Source of the DNA: Bacillota bacterium
GTDB taxonomy: Bacteria; Bacillota; DTU025
NCBI GenBank assembly: GCA_050951805.1
Contig: JBMNJT010000005.1
Coordinates: forward strand, 13,976 to 77,975
Direction of reading: 5' to 3'
DNA: 64,000 bases
Part shown: positions 1 to 10,311 of the stretch, piece by piece
How positions within the stretch are numbered: the stretch's first letter is position 1
Layout: every line of letters starts with the position of its first letter
Program-made: the position numbers and the translations under genes
Notes under the pieces: generated by a model
What the model saw: the letters and a program-made list of their open reading frames with translations, nothing else
Databases searched by the model: none
What the model was told of the DNA's origin: nothing

Positions 1-219
1 AACAAGCTGGTAGATATCGCCCTTGAGGACAAAGACCACGCAACCAACAGCTTTCTCCAGTGGTTTGTGGATGAACAAGTAGAAGAGGAAGAGAACTTCC
101 AAGGCATAGTCCAAAAGCTCGAGCTAATCGGCAACGACGCGCACGCCCTTCTGATGCTCGATGCCGAACTTGGGCAGAGGGTCTTCACAGTGCCCGCTCC
201 TCTGGCCCAGGCACAGTAA
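1..219 (+). CDS. ftnA: Ferritin, C-terminal part (5' end outside window)
   Basis: Frame 1 reads [31 protein letters not shown]...[11 protein letters not shown], with the non-heme ferritin D-h-AT-x-FLQWFV-x-EQ-x-EEE motif; TAA at 217-219. Confidence 0.9.
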   Translation, partial: NKLVDIALEDKDHATNSFLQWFVDEQVEEEENFQGIVQKLELIGNDAHALLMLDAELGQRVFTVPAPLAQAQ

Positions 220-277
220 GGGCCCAAGGTTTTATCAGTTGTCCATCAATTGCGGGCATTCAAAGCTAGAATGAGTT

Positions 278-331
278 GAGGCACAGCCCGAAGCGCCAAT
301 GTGGTCGACATGTTGGCAAAGGCTGTGCCTC
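278..331. terminator. Hairpin between convergent genes, probable intrinsic terminator
   Basis: GAGGCACAGCC (278-288) pairs with GGCTGTGCCTC (321-331), followed by TTTCTCT. Confidence 0.6.
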
Positions 332-374
332 TTTCTCTCCTGATCTGCCCTAGGCATATCGGTTGCGCAGTCTG

Positions 375-1028
375 CTAATCGGGGGATGAAACCGATGTGA
401 GAGTGTAGCTGAATTCGATATCAGGCATGATGGTGGATGTGAAGGAGACAACTCCGATACCCTTCTTAAAAACCCTCGTCTCGTGATAGAGGCCATCGGG
501 CATCTCAGGATCAGGAGCAGTATACTCCACCTTGCAGTAGTCCAACCTGTCCTCGGCATCGACCCCGGTCTCAGTAATCTCAGCGTCGACACGGTTTCCA
601 TTCACTGATTCAAAAGACCACTTCTGCCCCTTTTCCAGCGGGGCTTTGAGCATCACGAGGCCGTCGATCCTATGCGGAAACACAACGCCTTTGTGGAGTA
701 TGCGCTCCACAACCTCATCCCCTCCGAAAACATACTGCAGTTGAAAGCCGAAGTCCTGTTCTGACTCGCCTCCGGACATGTCTTCCACCATGCCTGATAT
801 CTGGTGTACCACATCCCCTTTGGAGCGCACTTCCGTAATGCTATCTAAGATCATTCTGTGCCCATATTCGGCGAATCCTGAGTATACCCAGGTGAAGCCC
901 GTTTTCTCCGGAAAATAGCTCCTCAATTCGTTGCTGGAAGCCTTCTGTCGAAAACACCCTACAACGCCCAAAAGCAACACGCTAGCCACAGCGATGGCTG
1001 AGAAAGCCCTTTTGGTGTCCATCCCCAA
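375..1028 (-). CDS. Hypothetical lipoprotein
   Basis: 217 aa ORF; KR + hydrophobic stretch + VVGC lipobox; no recognisable catalytic motif. Confidence 0.7.
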   Translation of the reverse strand: MGMDTKRAFSAIAVASVLLLGVVGCFRQKASSNELRSYFPEKTGFTWVYSGFAEYGHRMILDSITEVRSKGDVVHQISGMVEDMSGGESEQDFGFQLQYVFGGDEVVERILHKGVVFPHRIDGLVMLKAPLEKGQKWSFESVNGNRVDAEITETGVDAEDRLDYCKVEYTAPDPEMPDGLYHETRVFKKGIGVVSFTSTIMPDIEFSYTLTSVSSPD

Positions 1029-1279
1029 ACCCGCCTTTCATCCAATGGATAATTGCCTGAGCCAATCCATAACTATGCTGCCGCGAAGCCTTCCTCTTAT
1101 TCATTGTCCGGCGCGACCCCTTGATTCCGTAATCCCACTGCACGGGTGCTCTTGCAGTCCCCACTACTCAACCGGATCCAATGGCTCTGATAAGGTGCCC
1201 CACACGAATCCATATGCGCTTCGATCTTGCCCAATCTCTGCCGCCAACTTAGACACTACAAGCCTGCTAGGGCCATGGT

Positions 1280-1308
1280 TTGACAACAGGCTTCCGCGTC
1301 GATAAACT
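1280..1308 (+). promoter_or_regulatory. sigmaA/sigma70-type promoter for the MerR gene
   Basis: TTGACA-17 bp-TAAACT, 30 bp upstream of the start. Confidence 0.55.
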
Positions 1309-1338
1309 GACGTGGTAAGCCAATAAAGCGGGCATGAG

Positions 1339-2166
1339 GTGATACCGATCAGAGCCTACTATTCTATTGGGGAAATATCGAGGCTTTTCGGCATGTCGAT
1401 ACAAACCCTAAGGCACTACGACAGAATTGGGCTCCTCCGCCCAGCCTATGTGAACCATGAAAACAATTACAGGTACTACTCCCATGAACAATTTCTTCAG
1501 ATCAAGCTGATAAAGTACCTGAAAACCCTCGGCTTCTCATTGGCCCAGATCCGGGACATCGTCAACCAGGACCTGTCGTCCGAGGTGATAATCGAACTCC
1601 TCCGTGAGCAAGAAGAGGCGGTCAATGACAGAATAGACCAGCTCCTCGCCTTGCGGCAAGACATGCGCGCCTTCGAAGAAAGGCTGGCCGGCCTCGCAGA
1701 ACGGACCTTTGGAGAGGCTTTCTTGGATAGCAAGCCTGAACGAAAAGTCATAGCCTACGATTACATCAACAAACCGAATGCAAACTTGGCCGTTGGCATG
1801 AGGAAGATTCTCTCGGATATCGAGAGAGAACACAGTGTGCTCAAGTATGAGCCGGGTATGCTAGTATCATATGCCGAATTCGCAGCCTCAGGAAGAGTAG
1901 AGTTCAAGAAGATCATAGTCGAGTTGGACGATGAACTCGACTATCCTCACCACAACATATTGAGACTTCCCGCAGGTCCCCACGCCACTATCATATATGA
2001 GGGCGCCACAGAAGAGGGCCAAAAATACTACGGCAAAATAGTAGAGTTCATATCCGACCATGGCCTAAGCCCGAAGGGCGATTTCATTCACGCTATAGCC
2101 GTCTCCTATGTTAACAGCAATGGCACAGGAGTGTCTCTGCACGAGGTATCGGTTCTCACGGAATGA
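1339..2166 (+). CDS. MerR family regulator with GyrI-like effector domain (BmrR/BltR type)
   Basis: YSIGEISRLFGMSIQTLRHYDRIGLLRP...NNYRYY HTH, coiled coil, C-terminal LPAG-x-ATIIYEG GyrI-like segment. Confidence 0.92.
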   Translation: MIPIRAYYSIGEISRLFGMSIQTLRHYDRIGLLRPAYVNHENNYRYYSHEQFLQIKLIKYLKTLGFSLAQIRDIVNQDLSSEVIIELLREQEEAVNDRIDQLLALRQDMRAFEERLAGLAERTFGEAFLDSKPERKVIAYDYINKPNANLAVGMRKILSDIEREHSVLKYEPGMLVSYAEFAASGRVEFKKIIVELDDELDYPHHNILRLPAGPHATIIYEGATEEGQKYYGKIVEFISDHGLSPKGDFIHAIAVSYVNSNGTGVSLHEVSVLTE

Positions 2167-2181
2167 TCTTCCCCCGTCAGC

Positions 2182-2212
2182 TTGACTCTATACCAACAAT
2201 AGACTGTAAGAT
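2182..2212 (+). promoter_or_regulatory. MerR-type promoter/operator of the MATE gene
   Basis: TTGACT-19 bp-TAAGAT with dyad TCTAT-N7-ATAGA (2187-2203) lying almost entirely in the spacer. Confidence 0.8.
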
Positions 2213-2237
2213 CTCCTGTTAGGGAGGCCTTTCAGTC

Positions 2238-3575
2238 GTGAGCAAATTCTTGCATTATACCGTCCCATCCGTGATGGGATGTTTAGTAACTTCATTGTAT
2301 CTTGTCGTAGACGGCGTCTTCATTGCCAGGGGAGTTGGAGAAACAGCAGTAGCTGCCGTAACATTGGTGCTGCCTCTCACAATGGCCTTTGTGGCATTGA
2401 GCATGATCTTCTCTGTAGGCGGAGGCAATCTCGTATCAACTTCGAGAGGCGCAGGCGACCAAGCCCGGGCGGTCAATGTTTTCAGAGAGTCAATATACAT
2501 GCTGCTTTCGATAGGAATTATCTTCAGCATCCTAGGAACCCTGTTCGCGGATGAAATAGCGATAATGCTGGGTGCAACGGGTGAACTCGTTAGCCCGGCC
2601 GCTGAATACACGAAATACTACATGCTTTTCACCGTGCCCGTCCTGCTCGCCATCGCATTGAGCACCTTCATACGACACGACGGATCTCCAAAGTTGTCGA
2701 TGCGTTCTATGCTGTACGGAGCAGTCACCAACATCGTGCTCGACTATGTTTTCGTGTTCCCCCTCCAGATGGGGCTGCGCGGCGCCGCAATAGCTTCAGG
2801 GCTGGGCCAAATTGTCACCGTAATCACGTGCATGAAACATTTCATCGAGCGACGCGGGATCCTGAGAATAGGCAAAGCCTCATTCGAATGGGAAGATATC
2901 AAAGATATATTCGTCATCGGGTTCCCTTCCTTTCTCACTGAGGTATCTTACTCCGTAATGATGTACCTGCACAATTTGGCAGTAATCAGCCAAGTCGGCG
3001 AGATAGGAGTGACCGCCTACGGTATAGTCAACTACATCAACAACATCTCCTACATGGCCTTGTTCGGCATCGGCCAGGGGATTCAACCAATGGTCAGCTA
3101 CTACTACGGACGAGGCAAGTTCGACAAGGGACGCCAGCAGTATATATACGGGATAAAAGCGTCGCTTGTGATGTCAGTCTTGTTCCTGGTTATCTGCTTA
3201 TTCGTCGGAAGACCACTTATAATGATATTCGCCTCGTCGGAAGACGTGATCGACCTGGGTTACACGATACTGACATATCTGAACCTGGCCTACGTTCTGC
3301 TGGGCGTCAATCTGACTACGCAGATGTATCTGCAATCCATGCACATGCCCAGATACGCCAATATCATCTGTGTGCTAAGAGGATTCGTATTCGTCAAGAT
3401 TGGCCTTGCCTTGCTGCCGAAGGTGTTCGGGGATGCAGGAATCTGGGGCACACTATTGTTTGCCGAAGGAATGTCCCTAATTACGGCGCTCGTCATAGTC
3501 AGCGCCAGCGCCGAACCGGAGCAATATCCATCTCCGATAGGGAATAGCCAGACAGATCATGCTAGCAGACCCTGA
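2238..3575 (+). CDS. MATE family efflux transporter
   Basis: 445 aa, ~12 TM; YLVVDGVFIARGVG and NIVLDYVFVFPLQMGLRGAAIA motifs; GGGAGG SD. Confidence 0.92.
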   Translation: MSKFLHYTVPSVMGCLVTSLYLVVDGVFIARGVGETAVAAVTLVLPLTMAFVALSMIFSVGGGNLVSTSRGAGDQARAVNVFRESIYMLLSIGIIFSILGTLFADEIAIMLGATGELVSPAAEYTKYYMLFTVPVLLAIALSTFIRHDGSPKLSMRSMLYGAVTNIVLDYVFVFPLQMGLRGAAIASGLGQIVTVITCMKHFIERRGILRIGKASFEWEDIKDIFVIGFPSFLTEVSYSVMMYLHNLAVISQVGEIGVTAYGIVNYINNISYMALFGIGQGIQPMVSYYYGRGKFDKGRQQYIYGIKASLVMSVLFLVICLFVGRPLIMIFASSEDVIDLGYTILTYLNLAYVLLGVNLTTQMYLQSMHMPRYANIICVLRGFVFVKIGLALLPKVFGDAGIWGTLLFAEGMSLITALVIVSASAEPEQYPSPIGNSQTDHASRP

Positions 3576-3647
3576 AAACCGGCGCGATTCGCCTAAAACC
3601 CCGCACCAGCGCCGAACTTTGCACCACGTATGCCGAGTATGGAGTGA

Positions 3648-4787
3648 TCATGGACGATATTCCTTCAATACCCTCGCCATCCTGGCCATGTCTTCCTCCG
3701 AATATCGCTGGTCGCAAGGGAGCGTCAAGATTCGGCGTGCCAACCACGCACTCTCCGGGTACTCCTCCTCAGGGACCTCTGGCGGCAATTCCCAGTGGAT
3801 ATCTGCATGTATCCCGTAATGTTCCAGATGGCGCCAGAGCAGGTCCCGATCTTCAACCACTACGGGAAACCCAAGCGGGACCGCGTCTTCCGGGAGTTCA
3901 GAGATGAGTGCATGCACGCCCCCACATGTTGCCAGCTCCTGAAGGAGTCTCCGAAAATTCCTGCGCCGCACCCGCCTGATCTCTTCGATTCCGACCCTTT
4001 TCAGTATTGACCTGGAAACAGGCGACATGGCGGCACTCGCGCTGAAACTGCTATCCAGCGCCGCCTCAGCCTGGGCAAACAGGAGCACGTAGTCCCGGCG
4101 ATTCCCGAATCCGTCAGCCACGTAGGCGCTCTTCATCATCATTGCCAACGCCCTCGCCGAGTGAAATCCGCTCAGCTGCGCCTCGTTGCCACAGAATGCA
4201 GGCTCACTTCCGTCCAGCCAGACGCAGACGGCACCGTCAACAACCGGAAGGCTCTTCCTGAGGCTCATTATGCACAGATTCGGCTCAAAGGTACTGTGCG
4301 GCCATGGGCGTTCACAAAGGGCGCTGTGGGTCGCATCGTAAACCACCGCACCGCCCCTCCGCCTGATCTCAGCGAGAGCGGAAAGCAGGTCTACTGAGTC
4401 AGGAAACCCGAAGTAATTGAGGGTCACCACGAGTGTGCCTTGGATATCGTCAAACGCTTTTTCCATGAGATCGTCGGTATCGACAGAAAGATCTGAGAAG
4501 ACCCGATAATGCTCGGTCTCAACTCCCATTCTGTGAAACGGGCTGAGCATGGAGTAGCAAAGGTAAGATGGCAACAGCGCCCTTCGCACCAGACTTCCGC
4601 CTTTTTTCAGGTTGAGCCATGCATTGAGGTAGGCGGTCCGCCCTGAAGCAAGCATGCTTACAGGACGCCCTTTGCTCAGCCCGTCCAGTACGTTTTGATA
4701 TGACGGTTCGCCATTCGCACATCGAATATCCGCAAAACAGAAATCTCCGCCGATCTCCATCACAACGCTCCCTTTCACCACAAGCAC
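3648..4787 (-). CDS. DegT/DnrJ/EryC1/StrS-like PLP-dependent aminotransferase
   Basis: SGRTA, LPSYLC, LNYFG, YDATHS, SLRKSLP-x-x-DGA (PLP Lys), RRRNF, ILTLPCDQRY. Confidence 0.7.
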   Translation of the reverse strand: MLVVKGSVVMEIGGDFCFADIRCANGEPSYQNVLDGLSKGRPVSMLASGRTAYLNAWLNLKKGGSLVRRALLPSYLCYSMLSPFHRMGVETEHYRVFSDLSVDTDDLMEKAFDDIQGTLVVTLNYFGFPDSVDLLSALAEIRRRGGAVVYDATHSALCERPWPHSTFEPNLCIMSLRKSLPVVDGAVCVWLDGSEPAFCGNEAQLSGFHSARALAMMMKSAYVADGFGNRRDYVLLFAQAEAALDSSFSASAAMSPVSRSILKRVGIEEIRRVRRRNFRRLLQELATCGGVHALISELPEDAVPLGFPVVVEDRDLLWRHLEHYGIHADIHWELPPEVPEEEYPESAWLARRILTLPCDQRYSEEDMARMARVLKEYRP

Positions 4788-5237
4788 TGCATGTTAAGTA
4801 TAACTCCGCACCATCCATCGCGCATTATGACCTTACTATCCCACCCCAACAGGTCGAAAGCCCCTTTACAGCACTATATCGGGGCAATTGGGTTGGAACG
4901 GAGTTTTTGCGACGAATGACAAAGGCTTGCATTCAAGATGAGAATATGGATCCCTACGAGTCTAATCCGATGCCGATTATGTGCATTTGAGTCGTCGCCA
5001 AACTCGCATTGTCTGATGCCCAGTCCCTAGCTGCCGGTATTCGCGCACAATCAAATCTGCTGGCGCCGCGGTCATTTGAATGGTAACATTGAGAGCAGGT
5101 ATAGACATGAAAATGCGGGGCCGAAAGGCATCGACAACATCCGCCGGCAAGCGTCAGTTGCATGCATTCATGCACCGCAGAGTGTCTGCACGAATAGCGC
5201 ACTCACCAAATATAGGTGCGCCGAGGAGGAAGCTTTG

Positions 5238-6101
5238 ATGCAGATTGTAACAGACTACGCCGCCGACATCTCCCCCGAACAGCTTGAAGGTTTGGAGGTA
5301 CATTACCTTCCCTTGATGATCACGGTAGATGGCAAAACGTACCGCAGCGGGGTTGACATCACTCCTGACCAATTCTACGAGTTACAGGCAACGGCAGTGG
5401 AGATACCTACCACGTCTCAACCTTCGCCCGGAGAATTCGCCGATCTCTATCGCAGCCTTGCGCAGACAGATCCGGATATTCTGTCCATTCATATATCCTC
5501 CGGGCTGAGCGGTACAGTGAATGTCGCAAGAATCGGGGCAAAAATGGTGCCTGAAGCCAATGTGGAAGTATATGACACAAAAACTCTTTCAGCCGCCCAA
5601 GGGTGGCACGTTGAGATGGCTGCAAAGGCTGTGCGTGCCGGATGGGAAAAATCCCGGATAGTGGCGATGCTCAAGCAGGTCACTGAAGCCTCAGAGACCC
5701 TCTTCACCCTCTCAACATTGAAGTATCTAATCCACGGCGGACGAATCAGCCATCTCAAAGGACTGGTAGCATCGTTGCTCAACATAAAACCAATAATCGG
5801 CGTAGAAAAGGCAGGCGGCACATACGTCACACGTGGACAGGCACGCACGATGACTAGGGCAATTGACGCGTTAGCAGATATCGTCAGTTCGATGTATCCT
5901 CCTGAGACGCCCATGCGTGCGCAGATTCTCCATTCGCAAAACCCGACAGGCGTATCTCGGCTTCAGGACAAGCTCGATAAGGTCTTCGTTTGTAACTGGC
6001 TCCCAACAGGCCCGATAGCTCCGGTGCTCGGTGCGCATACAGGCCCAGGCCTTGTGGGGATAGCCATTGCTCCCGAAGCACTATTTCCGCAGATGCCATA
6101 G
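5238..6101 (+). CDS. DegV family fatty-acid binding protein (FakB-like)
   Basis: MQIVTD, PTTSQPSP, SIHISSGLSGT, YLIHGGRI, LGAHTGPG; GAGGAGG SD before ATG 5238. Confidence 0.92.
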   Translation: MQIVTDYAADISPEQLEGLEVHYLPLMITVDGKTYRSGVDITPDQFYELQATAVEIPTTSQPSPGEFADLYRSLAQTDPDILSIHISSGLSGTVNVARIGAKMVPEANVEVYDTKTLSAAQGWHVEMAAKAVRAGWEKSRIVAMLKQVTEASETLFTLSTLKYLIHGGRISHLKGLVASLLNIKPIIGVEKAGGTYVTRGQARTMTRAIDALADIVSSMYPPETPMRAQILHSQNPTGVSRLQDKLDKVFVCNWLPTGPIAPVLGAHTGPGLVGIAIAPEALFPQMP

Positions 6102-6153
6102 GAGGCTATCACCGTCTGCAGCGAACAATCATGACCATGTTAGGAGCGAGCAT

Positions 6154-6750
6154 ATGAAACTCCGCGATCTTGCGCTTCGAATTCTCATGATGATTTCCGG
6201 CCTGTCCTTGATAGGCTTGGGGATAGCGATGTTCGTAAAAGCGGGCCTCGGAGCAGATCCGATAACCGTTCTATGCCAGGGAATATCGATCACAGCCAAC
6301 ATCAGTTTAGGCAGAGCGCTACAACTTAACGGACTAGCCCTCTTTGTTGTATTGCTCATCATCGGCAGAGAATACATAGGATTGGGCACATTTGCGGGGT
6401 CTTTCGTCACTGGAGCCATGGCTGATGTGTTTAGCGCCGCAATGCACAGCCCTACAGCCCCTTGGCAGTCGTGGCCCATACTGATAGCATCGATAGCGGT
6501 TATCAGCTCGGGAGTGGCAATCTACCTCTCTGCAGAACTGGGAGACGGACCTTTGGAAGGAGTGATGATGCTTATCAGCGACCGCCTCGGAGCACCAATC
6601 GCCTGGGTCAAGATAGCAATGGACGTTGCCGCAACAGTTGCAGGTATTGCGATGGGGGCCGTGCCCGGAGTCGGAACGATCGCTTCCGTCCTCTTAACCG
6701 GCCCCATCATACAGACAATGCTTCAGGTAATCAAGAAGTCCATGGCTTAA
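6154..6750 (+). CDS. YczE/YyaS/YitT-like membrane protein
   Basis: AGLGADP, IGLGT, AELGDGPLEG, GVGTI-x-x-VLLTGP repeat halves; AGGAG SD. Confidence 0.8.
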   Translation: MKLRDLALRILMMISGLSLIGLGIAMFVKAGLGADPITVLCQGISITANISLGRALQLNGLALFVVLLIIGREYIGLGTFAGSFVTGAMADVFSAAMHSPTAPWQSWPILIASIAVISSGVAIYLSAELGDGPLEGVMMLISDRLGAPIAWVKIAMDVAATVAGIAMGAVPGVGTIASVLLTGPIIQTMLQVIKKSMA

Positions 6751-6789
6751 TCGCCAATTGAGTCGGAGCGTGCCTTTTTCCTTCGACTG

Positions 6790-7599
6790 CTACCACGCTA
6801 CATCTGGCGCGTCTATCGTCACAACAGCTTTCATGCCCTCATACGGAACTGGCAACTGAACCGGACTGTAAACCACTTCGACTGCGATGTCATCGACAGT
6901 CATAAGGCCCGAACATGGGTTCCCATCTGCAGCCCTCTGCCTCGCCAAAGGCGAGCATGCGCTTGGATCAACAGCGAAATGATGACAACATTCCTCAGGA
7001 ATCGGCTCAAACCCGAGTCTGCGCAGAAAACGGGGCGAAAGAGTGCTGCAGTTGCCACCGTCTGATATGGGCAGCAACTCGCACTCAGATCCAGGCCGCG
7101 CCGGCTTGTGCTCAACAGGCACTGAACTTTTCAAAGCTGCTCGGATGACGCCATCATCCCCCTTTTCCATGGGAAATGGTTCAATGACCACCACCCCGGC
7201 GCGTGATCGCGCATATCTCAGAAAGCCCTCCAAAGCCGCGGTTCCAATACCACAGTTGCGATAAGGCTTTTCTACAAAAACGCATTCCAAGAGAATGATA
7301 TCGTGCCTGTCCGAATCAGTGACATCCCTTCGTATCTCAGGAGGCTCCGGCACAAGCAAGTCGCCTGCCAGGGAGACTTCCGGGCTGAACTGGCTGAACA
7401 TATCCCGGTAATCACATGGTTTGCCCACGATGATCCAGTCATCGATCTGAAACCATAGGCCTGCTATTATCCCCACAGTCGTTTCCGATCCATCATCGTT
7501 CCTGTCAACAATGTGTCCGCATGTGCCTCTCACGAACCTGCCGATATCGCCGTTGGGTGTGAAAATTTGGTTGACGCCGATTCTAAGTGCAATCATCAC
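6790..7599 (-). CDS. Hypothetical protein with GNAT-like acetyl-CoA-binding motif
   Basis: VFVEKPYRNCGIGTAAL (GNAT motif A-like) and FLRRLGF; GGAGGAGG SD upstream. Confidence 0.5.
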   Translation of the reverse strand: MMIALRIGVNQIFTPNGDIGRFVRGTCGHIVDRNDDGSETTVGIIAGLWFQIDDWIIVGKPCDYRDMFSQFSPEVSLAGDLLVPEPPEIRRDVTDSDRHDIILLECVFVEKPYRNCGIGTAALEGFLRYARSRAGVVVIEPFPMEKGDDGVIRAALKSSVPVEHKPARPGSECELLPISDGGNCSTLSPRFLRRLGFEPIPEECCHHFAVDPSACSPLARQRAADGNPCSGLMTVDDIAVEVVYSPVQLPVPYEGMKAVVTIDAPDVAW

Positions 7600-7771
7600 G
7601 ACAGCCTCCTCCCGTAGATTACTGTGACGAGTAGGCCACCGCATCATAGCACACAGGTCGGCACAATCATGTCACCGGGCTAGTCCGACAGCTCACGACT
7701 TTCTTCAAACAAGGATTGGGCACGTGGCGCCACCGCCACAACCAGTTTCCAGCCGATTGTTGCAACGTCGT

Positions 7772-10063
7772 TCAACCAAGCTTTTCCTCTCCTATGTCCC
7801 TCATGGATAAGGCTATTCGGCCCCGCTCTATATCGACCGACAGCACGCGAACCTTCACGATATCCCCGATACTCACCACATCCAGCGGATGCCTGACGTA
7901 CCTATTGGAAAGCTCGGATATATGAACGAGCCCATCCTGCTGTACACCTATATCTACGAACGCGCCGAAGTCCACCACATTTCGCACAGTGCCTTCGAGC
8001 ATCATGCCCGGACGCAGGTCATCCATGGTCAGCACGTCCTTGCGGAGTATTGGCTGGGGAAACTCATCCCGCGGGTCGCGACCGGGCCGCTGAAGCGCTT
8101 CAATGATATCTTCCAGCGTAGGCAGGCCAACATCGAGCCGCTCAGCCCAATCTTGAGCATCCAAGGCGCTCAGCCTTTGACAAAGCTTAGTCCGATCGCG
8201 TTCCGCAACGTCGTCCACGGCAAACCCCAGTTCTGCCAATAGATGTTCGGCCACAGGGTAAGATTCGGGGTGGATCGCGGTGTTGTCCAACGGATACCTG
8301 CCCCCCGGCACCCTCAAGAAGCCGGCGCACTGCTCGAAGGTTTTGGGGCCCAACCGGGAGACTGAAAGCAGTTCTTTTCTTTCGCCAAAAGGCCCTTCGG
8401 ACTCTCGTTTTGCAACAATATTGGCGGCTACTGATGGGCTAATTCCCGCAACATACGACAGCAGAGGAACTGACGCCGTATTCAGGTCGACACCCACGCG
8501 GTTTACAGCAGACTCAACCACTCCATTGAGCGTAGTGCTCAGCTCCTTGCCGGAAACGTCGTGCTGATACTGGCCGACGCCGATGGATCGCGGCTCTATC
8601 TTCACCAGCTCAGCCAGGGGATCCTGAAGCCGACGTGCTATGGAGACAGCGCTGCGCTCCGAAACATCCAGATCAGGGAATTCTTCGCGCGCAACCTTGG
8701 ACGCGGAGTAAACTGATGCCCCCGCCTCATTTACAACCACATACGAAATTGACCGCTCCGCCTTGGGAATCAAGCCAGCCACAAACGCTTCCGCCTCGCG
8801 GGATGCTGTCCCATTGCCAATGGCAATCAGGTCCACCCCGTGCTCGTCAATGATTTTGAGCAAGACTTGCTCGGCCTCCTCGATCCTTTTCTGAGGAGGT
8901 GTAGGATAGACTACAGTGGTCTCAAGCAGCTTACCCGTTGCATCTACCACCGCTATCTTGCACCCTGTGCGATACGCGGGATCGAGGCCGAGCACGACCT
9001 TGCCACGGATCGGCGGCGTCAGGAGTAAAGCCTTCAGGTTGGCTCCGAATACCCTGATAGCCTGCTGCTCTGCTTCTTCCGTCAGCGCATTACGCACGTC
9101 CCGTTCAACTGCAGGGGCCAACAGACGGTCGTAGGCGTCTTTTGCCACGAGGGCCAATTCGGCATCTGCCGGACTCGACTTCGGCCCTTCTCGCATCAAC
9201 CTCCGCTTCAGGTATGACACTATAGGCTCTGCTTCAAGCGTGATACGAACGCGCAAGACCTTCTCCCTCTCCCCCCTGTTTATCGCCAACACTCGATGGG
9301 GAGGAATTCTATTCACAGGCTCGCAGTAATCGTAATACTGCTCATAGGTAGTGCGCGCCTCAGAGTCGGTTGCTTCTGTTGATATTTCGCCATGGCCTGC
9401 CGTCCATTGGCGAGCCCATGCCCGCACTTCAGGATCATCTGCCAGAATTTCGGCTACTATGTCGCGCGCACCTGCCAAAGCCTCTTCCGCGCTGGCAACA
9501 CCCGCTTCAAGATTGACGTATTCCGCCGCCCGCTCGAGAGGATCACCAGTTTCAGGCCGCAAGAGCAACCATTCTGCCAATGGCCCCAAACCCCGCTCAC
9601 GCGCCATGCTCGCCCTTGTTCTGCGCTTGGGACGGTATGGGCGGTATATATCATCAACACGTTGGAGGGTTTCAGCCGTCTCCAACAACTGCCTTATCTC
9701 TGGCGTCAGCGCCCCCTGCTCGTCTATGAGCCTCATCACCTCGAGCTTGCGCGTCTCAAGATTCCGCAGGTAATCAAGCCTCTCATCTATAGAGCGAATG
9801 GCTTCCTCATCGAGTCCCCCGGTCTGTTCTTTCCTGTAGCGGGCTAAGAAGGGGATGGTGTTTCCCTCATCCAGGAGACGTATGACGCTATCCACCTTGG
9901 ATCTTGCGATTCCAAGCTCCCCGCTGATCTTGGTTGCAATCCCCGCCCACATCTGCGCAGCGATTTCTGCCTCATTCGGAGTCCCTTGTCCTTCCATGTC
10001 CTCTGCGGTCGCACGTAGTCCATCTTTCTCTTGTTCTTCAGTTGCCAAAGACTCGACTTCCAT
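7772..10063 (-). CDS. tex: Tex/YhgF RNA-binding transcription accessory protein
   Basis: LLDEGNTIPFLARYRKEQTG, GLDPAYRTGCK, VNEAGASVYSAS, IGVGQYQHD, C-terminal S1 domain (NVVDFGAFVDIG). Confidence 0.96.
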   Translation of the reverse strand: MEVESLATEEQEKDGLRATAEDMEGQGTPNEAEIAAQMWAGIATKISGELGIARSKVDSVIRLLDEGNTIPFLARYRKEQTGGLDEEAIRSIDERLDYLRNLETRKLEVMRLIDEQGALTPEIRQLLETAETLQRVDDIYRPYRPKRRTRASMARERGLGPLAEWLLLRPETGDPLERAAEYVNLEAGVASAEEALAGARDIVAEILADDPEVRAWARQWTAGHGEISTEATDSEARTTYEQYYDYCEPVNRIPPHRVLAINRGEREKVLRVRITLEAEPIVSYLKRRLMREGPKSSPADAELALVAKDAYDRLLAPAVERDVRNALTEEAEQQAIRVFGANLKALLLTPPIRGKVVLGLDPAYRTGCKIAVVDATGKLLETTVVYPTPPQKRIEEAEQVLLKIIDEHGVDLIAIGNGTASREAEAFVAGLIPKAERSISYVVVNEAGASVYSASKVAREEFPDLDVSERSAVSIARRLQDPLAELVKIEPRSIGVGQYQHDVSGKELSTTLNGVVESAVNRVGVDLNTASVPLLSYVAGISPSVAANIVAKRESEGPFGERKELLSVSRLGPKTFEQCAGFLRVPGGRYPLDNTAIHPESYPVAEHLLAELGFAVDDVAERDRTKLCQRLSALDAQDWAERLDVGLPTLEDIIEALQRPGRDPRDEFPQPILRKDVLTMDDLRPGMMLEGTVRNVVDFGAFVDIGVQQDGLVHISELSNRYVRHPLDVVSIGDIVKVRVLSVDIERGRIALSMRDIGEEKLG

Positions 10064-10270
10064 ATCTTAACTTGCCCCCTGTAATATCCAACTCAATGCG
10101 TGCGATAGTATTCCGCAATCGCCGATTTAATCTTAGCATCCTTTTTGAGTCAGTGTCGAACGGCGCGGCCATGCGCGGCGACATAGACCTGTAACTTGCC
10201 ATGACATAGCATATCGTCACAATCAGCACAATTGCGGCAGTGTAACCAGTCCAGCGGCTCACAAGACAAC

Positions 10271-10311
10271 GGCAAAGGCCTGCCAGAATGCCTTCTTGGC
10301 AGGCCTTTGCC
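10271..10311. terminator. Strong hairpin downstream of the phosphodiesterase gene
   Basis: GGCAAAGGCCTGCCA / TGGCAGGCCTTTGCC, perfect 15-bp stem. Confidence 0.65.

Noticed and set aside
1140-1194. CTTATCAGAG on the minus strand resembling a SAM-I riboswitch 5' end
   Set aside because: Downstream GAGGGA..GGCCC and GCAACC elements are absent; the downstream gene is unrelated to sulfur metabolism
5076-5237. N-terminal extensions given by the ORF track (DegV here; also ADP-ribosylglycohydrolase, SBP 43647, MATE 57392, ATPase 60163)
   Set aside because: Family homology and SD positions point to downstream starts
10038-10262. 74 aa ORF upstream of tex
   Set aside because: No SD, overlaps the tex start and its likely promoter region, no motif
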